Shown: in pieces, positions 63,232 through 64,000 of the stretch
Layout: each line of letters begins with the position of its first letter
Position numbering within the stretch: the stretch's first letter is position 1
Assembly (NCBI GenBank): GCA_963752475.1
Contig: CAVVYR010000031.1
Span: forward strand, 1-64,000
Length of the DNA stretch: 64,000 nt
Origin: an uncultured Chloroflexia bacterium
Lineage (GTDB): Bacteria > Chloroflexota > Limnocylindria > Limnocylindrales > CSP1-4
Reading direction: 5' to 3'
Made by a program: the position numbers and the translations under genes
Notes under the pieces: generated by a model
The model's database searches: none
Seen by the model: the letters and a program-made list of their open reading frames with translations, nothing else
What the model was told of the DNA's origin: nothing

Positions 63232-64000
63232 ATGACCGAGACGCACCCCAAGTCATACTTCCGCTCCGACATCGAAGGCCTGCGGGCCATCGCCATCGGG
63301 GCGGTGTTGCTGTACCACGCCGGCGTCGCCGGTGCCGATGGCGGCTTCATCGGCGTCGACGTCTTCTTCGTCATCTCCGGCTTCCTCATCACCGGACTGC
63401 TCGTCCGGGAGTGGAACGGTAGCGGCCGCATCGACCTGCTGGTGTTCTACGCGCGCCGCTTCCGCCGGCTGCTGCCGGCGGCCCTGCTGGCGATCGTGGT
63501 CACGGTCGTGGCCTCGTACCTCATCCTGTCGGAGCTTCGCTTCCCGGGCGTGGCCTTCGACGGCGCCGCGGCTGCGCTCTACGTCTCCAACATCCGCTTC
63601 GCTACCGAGGCCATCGACTACCTCGGGGCGGAGACGGCACCATCGCCACTGCTGCATTTCTGGTCCCTGGGCGTGGAGGAGCAGTTCTACCTCTTCTGGC
63701 CGCTGATCATCTTCCTCAGCCTGCGCCTGCTGGGGCTGGCGCGGCTCTGGCTCGCGGTGGCCCTGATGGTGGTGGCTTCGCTCGCGCTGGCGTTCTACTG
63801 GACCGACGTCGCCGCCCCGTGGGCCTTCTTCTCGTTGCCGACCCGCGCCTGGCAGCTGGGCGCGGGCGCGCTCATCGCCATCGGGGTGCTCAAGCTGCCC
63901 GAGCGCACACCCGGCTGGCTGGCACAGGCCGCCAGCTGGCTCGGCCTGGCACTCATCTGCTTCGGCGTCGTCTACATCAAGGGCGATATGCCGTACCCGG
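63232..64000 (+). CDS. Acyltransferase 3 (OafA/YrhL-like), runs off window end
   Basis: FRSDIEGLRAIA, GGFIGVDVFFVISGFLIT, RRFRRLLP, HFWSLGVEEQFY. Confidence 0.92.
   Translation, partial: MTETHPKSYFRSDIEGLRAIAIGAVLLYHAGVAGADGGFIGVDVFFVISGFLITGLLVREWNGSGRIDLLVFYARRFRRLLPAALLAIVVTVVASYLILSELRFPGVAFDGAAAALYVSNIRFATEAIDYLGAETAPSPLLHFWSLGVEEQFYLFWPLIIFLSLRLLGLARLWLAVALMVVASLALAFYWTDVAAPWAFFSLPTRAWQLGAGALIAIGVLKLPERTPGWLAQAASWLGLALICFGVVYIKGDMPYP

Overview
High-GC bacterial DNA. The gene content and signal-peptide style suggest a Chloroflexota- or Actinobacteria-like genome (inference only). The first ~35 kb carries many single-base frameshifts, probably largely long-read indel errors. Positions 1-24 kb form an accessory island. 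It holds a family of secreted-protein genes with a shared MRTLRL signal peptide. Three of them are led by a conserved ~73-nt structured RNA that fits the c-di-GMP-II riboswitch fold with variant pocket bases, and four share a conserved 3' motif. An IS110 element sits exactly in one copy of that 3' motif, and its left non-coding end contains readable bridge-RNA-like target and donor guides. The island also has two degenerate mini-elements (TerS-like gene, variable cargo, palindromic site, serine-recombinase C-terminal remnant), other secreted proteins, hydrolases, tandem SDRs and an ECF sigma/anti-sigma pair. Positions 24-64 kb are mostly ordinary metabolism: phosphatase, AEC transporter, Pat-type acyl-CoA ligase/GNAT, flavodoxin, sulfotransferase, a transglutaminase-like plus VWA pair, a peptidase/TldDE/MFS/asparaginase/amidohydrolase run, a DeoR-galT-glpD-glpK operon with a sugar ABC transporter and galK, a C5-epimerase-like protein and an OafA-type acyltransferase.
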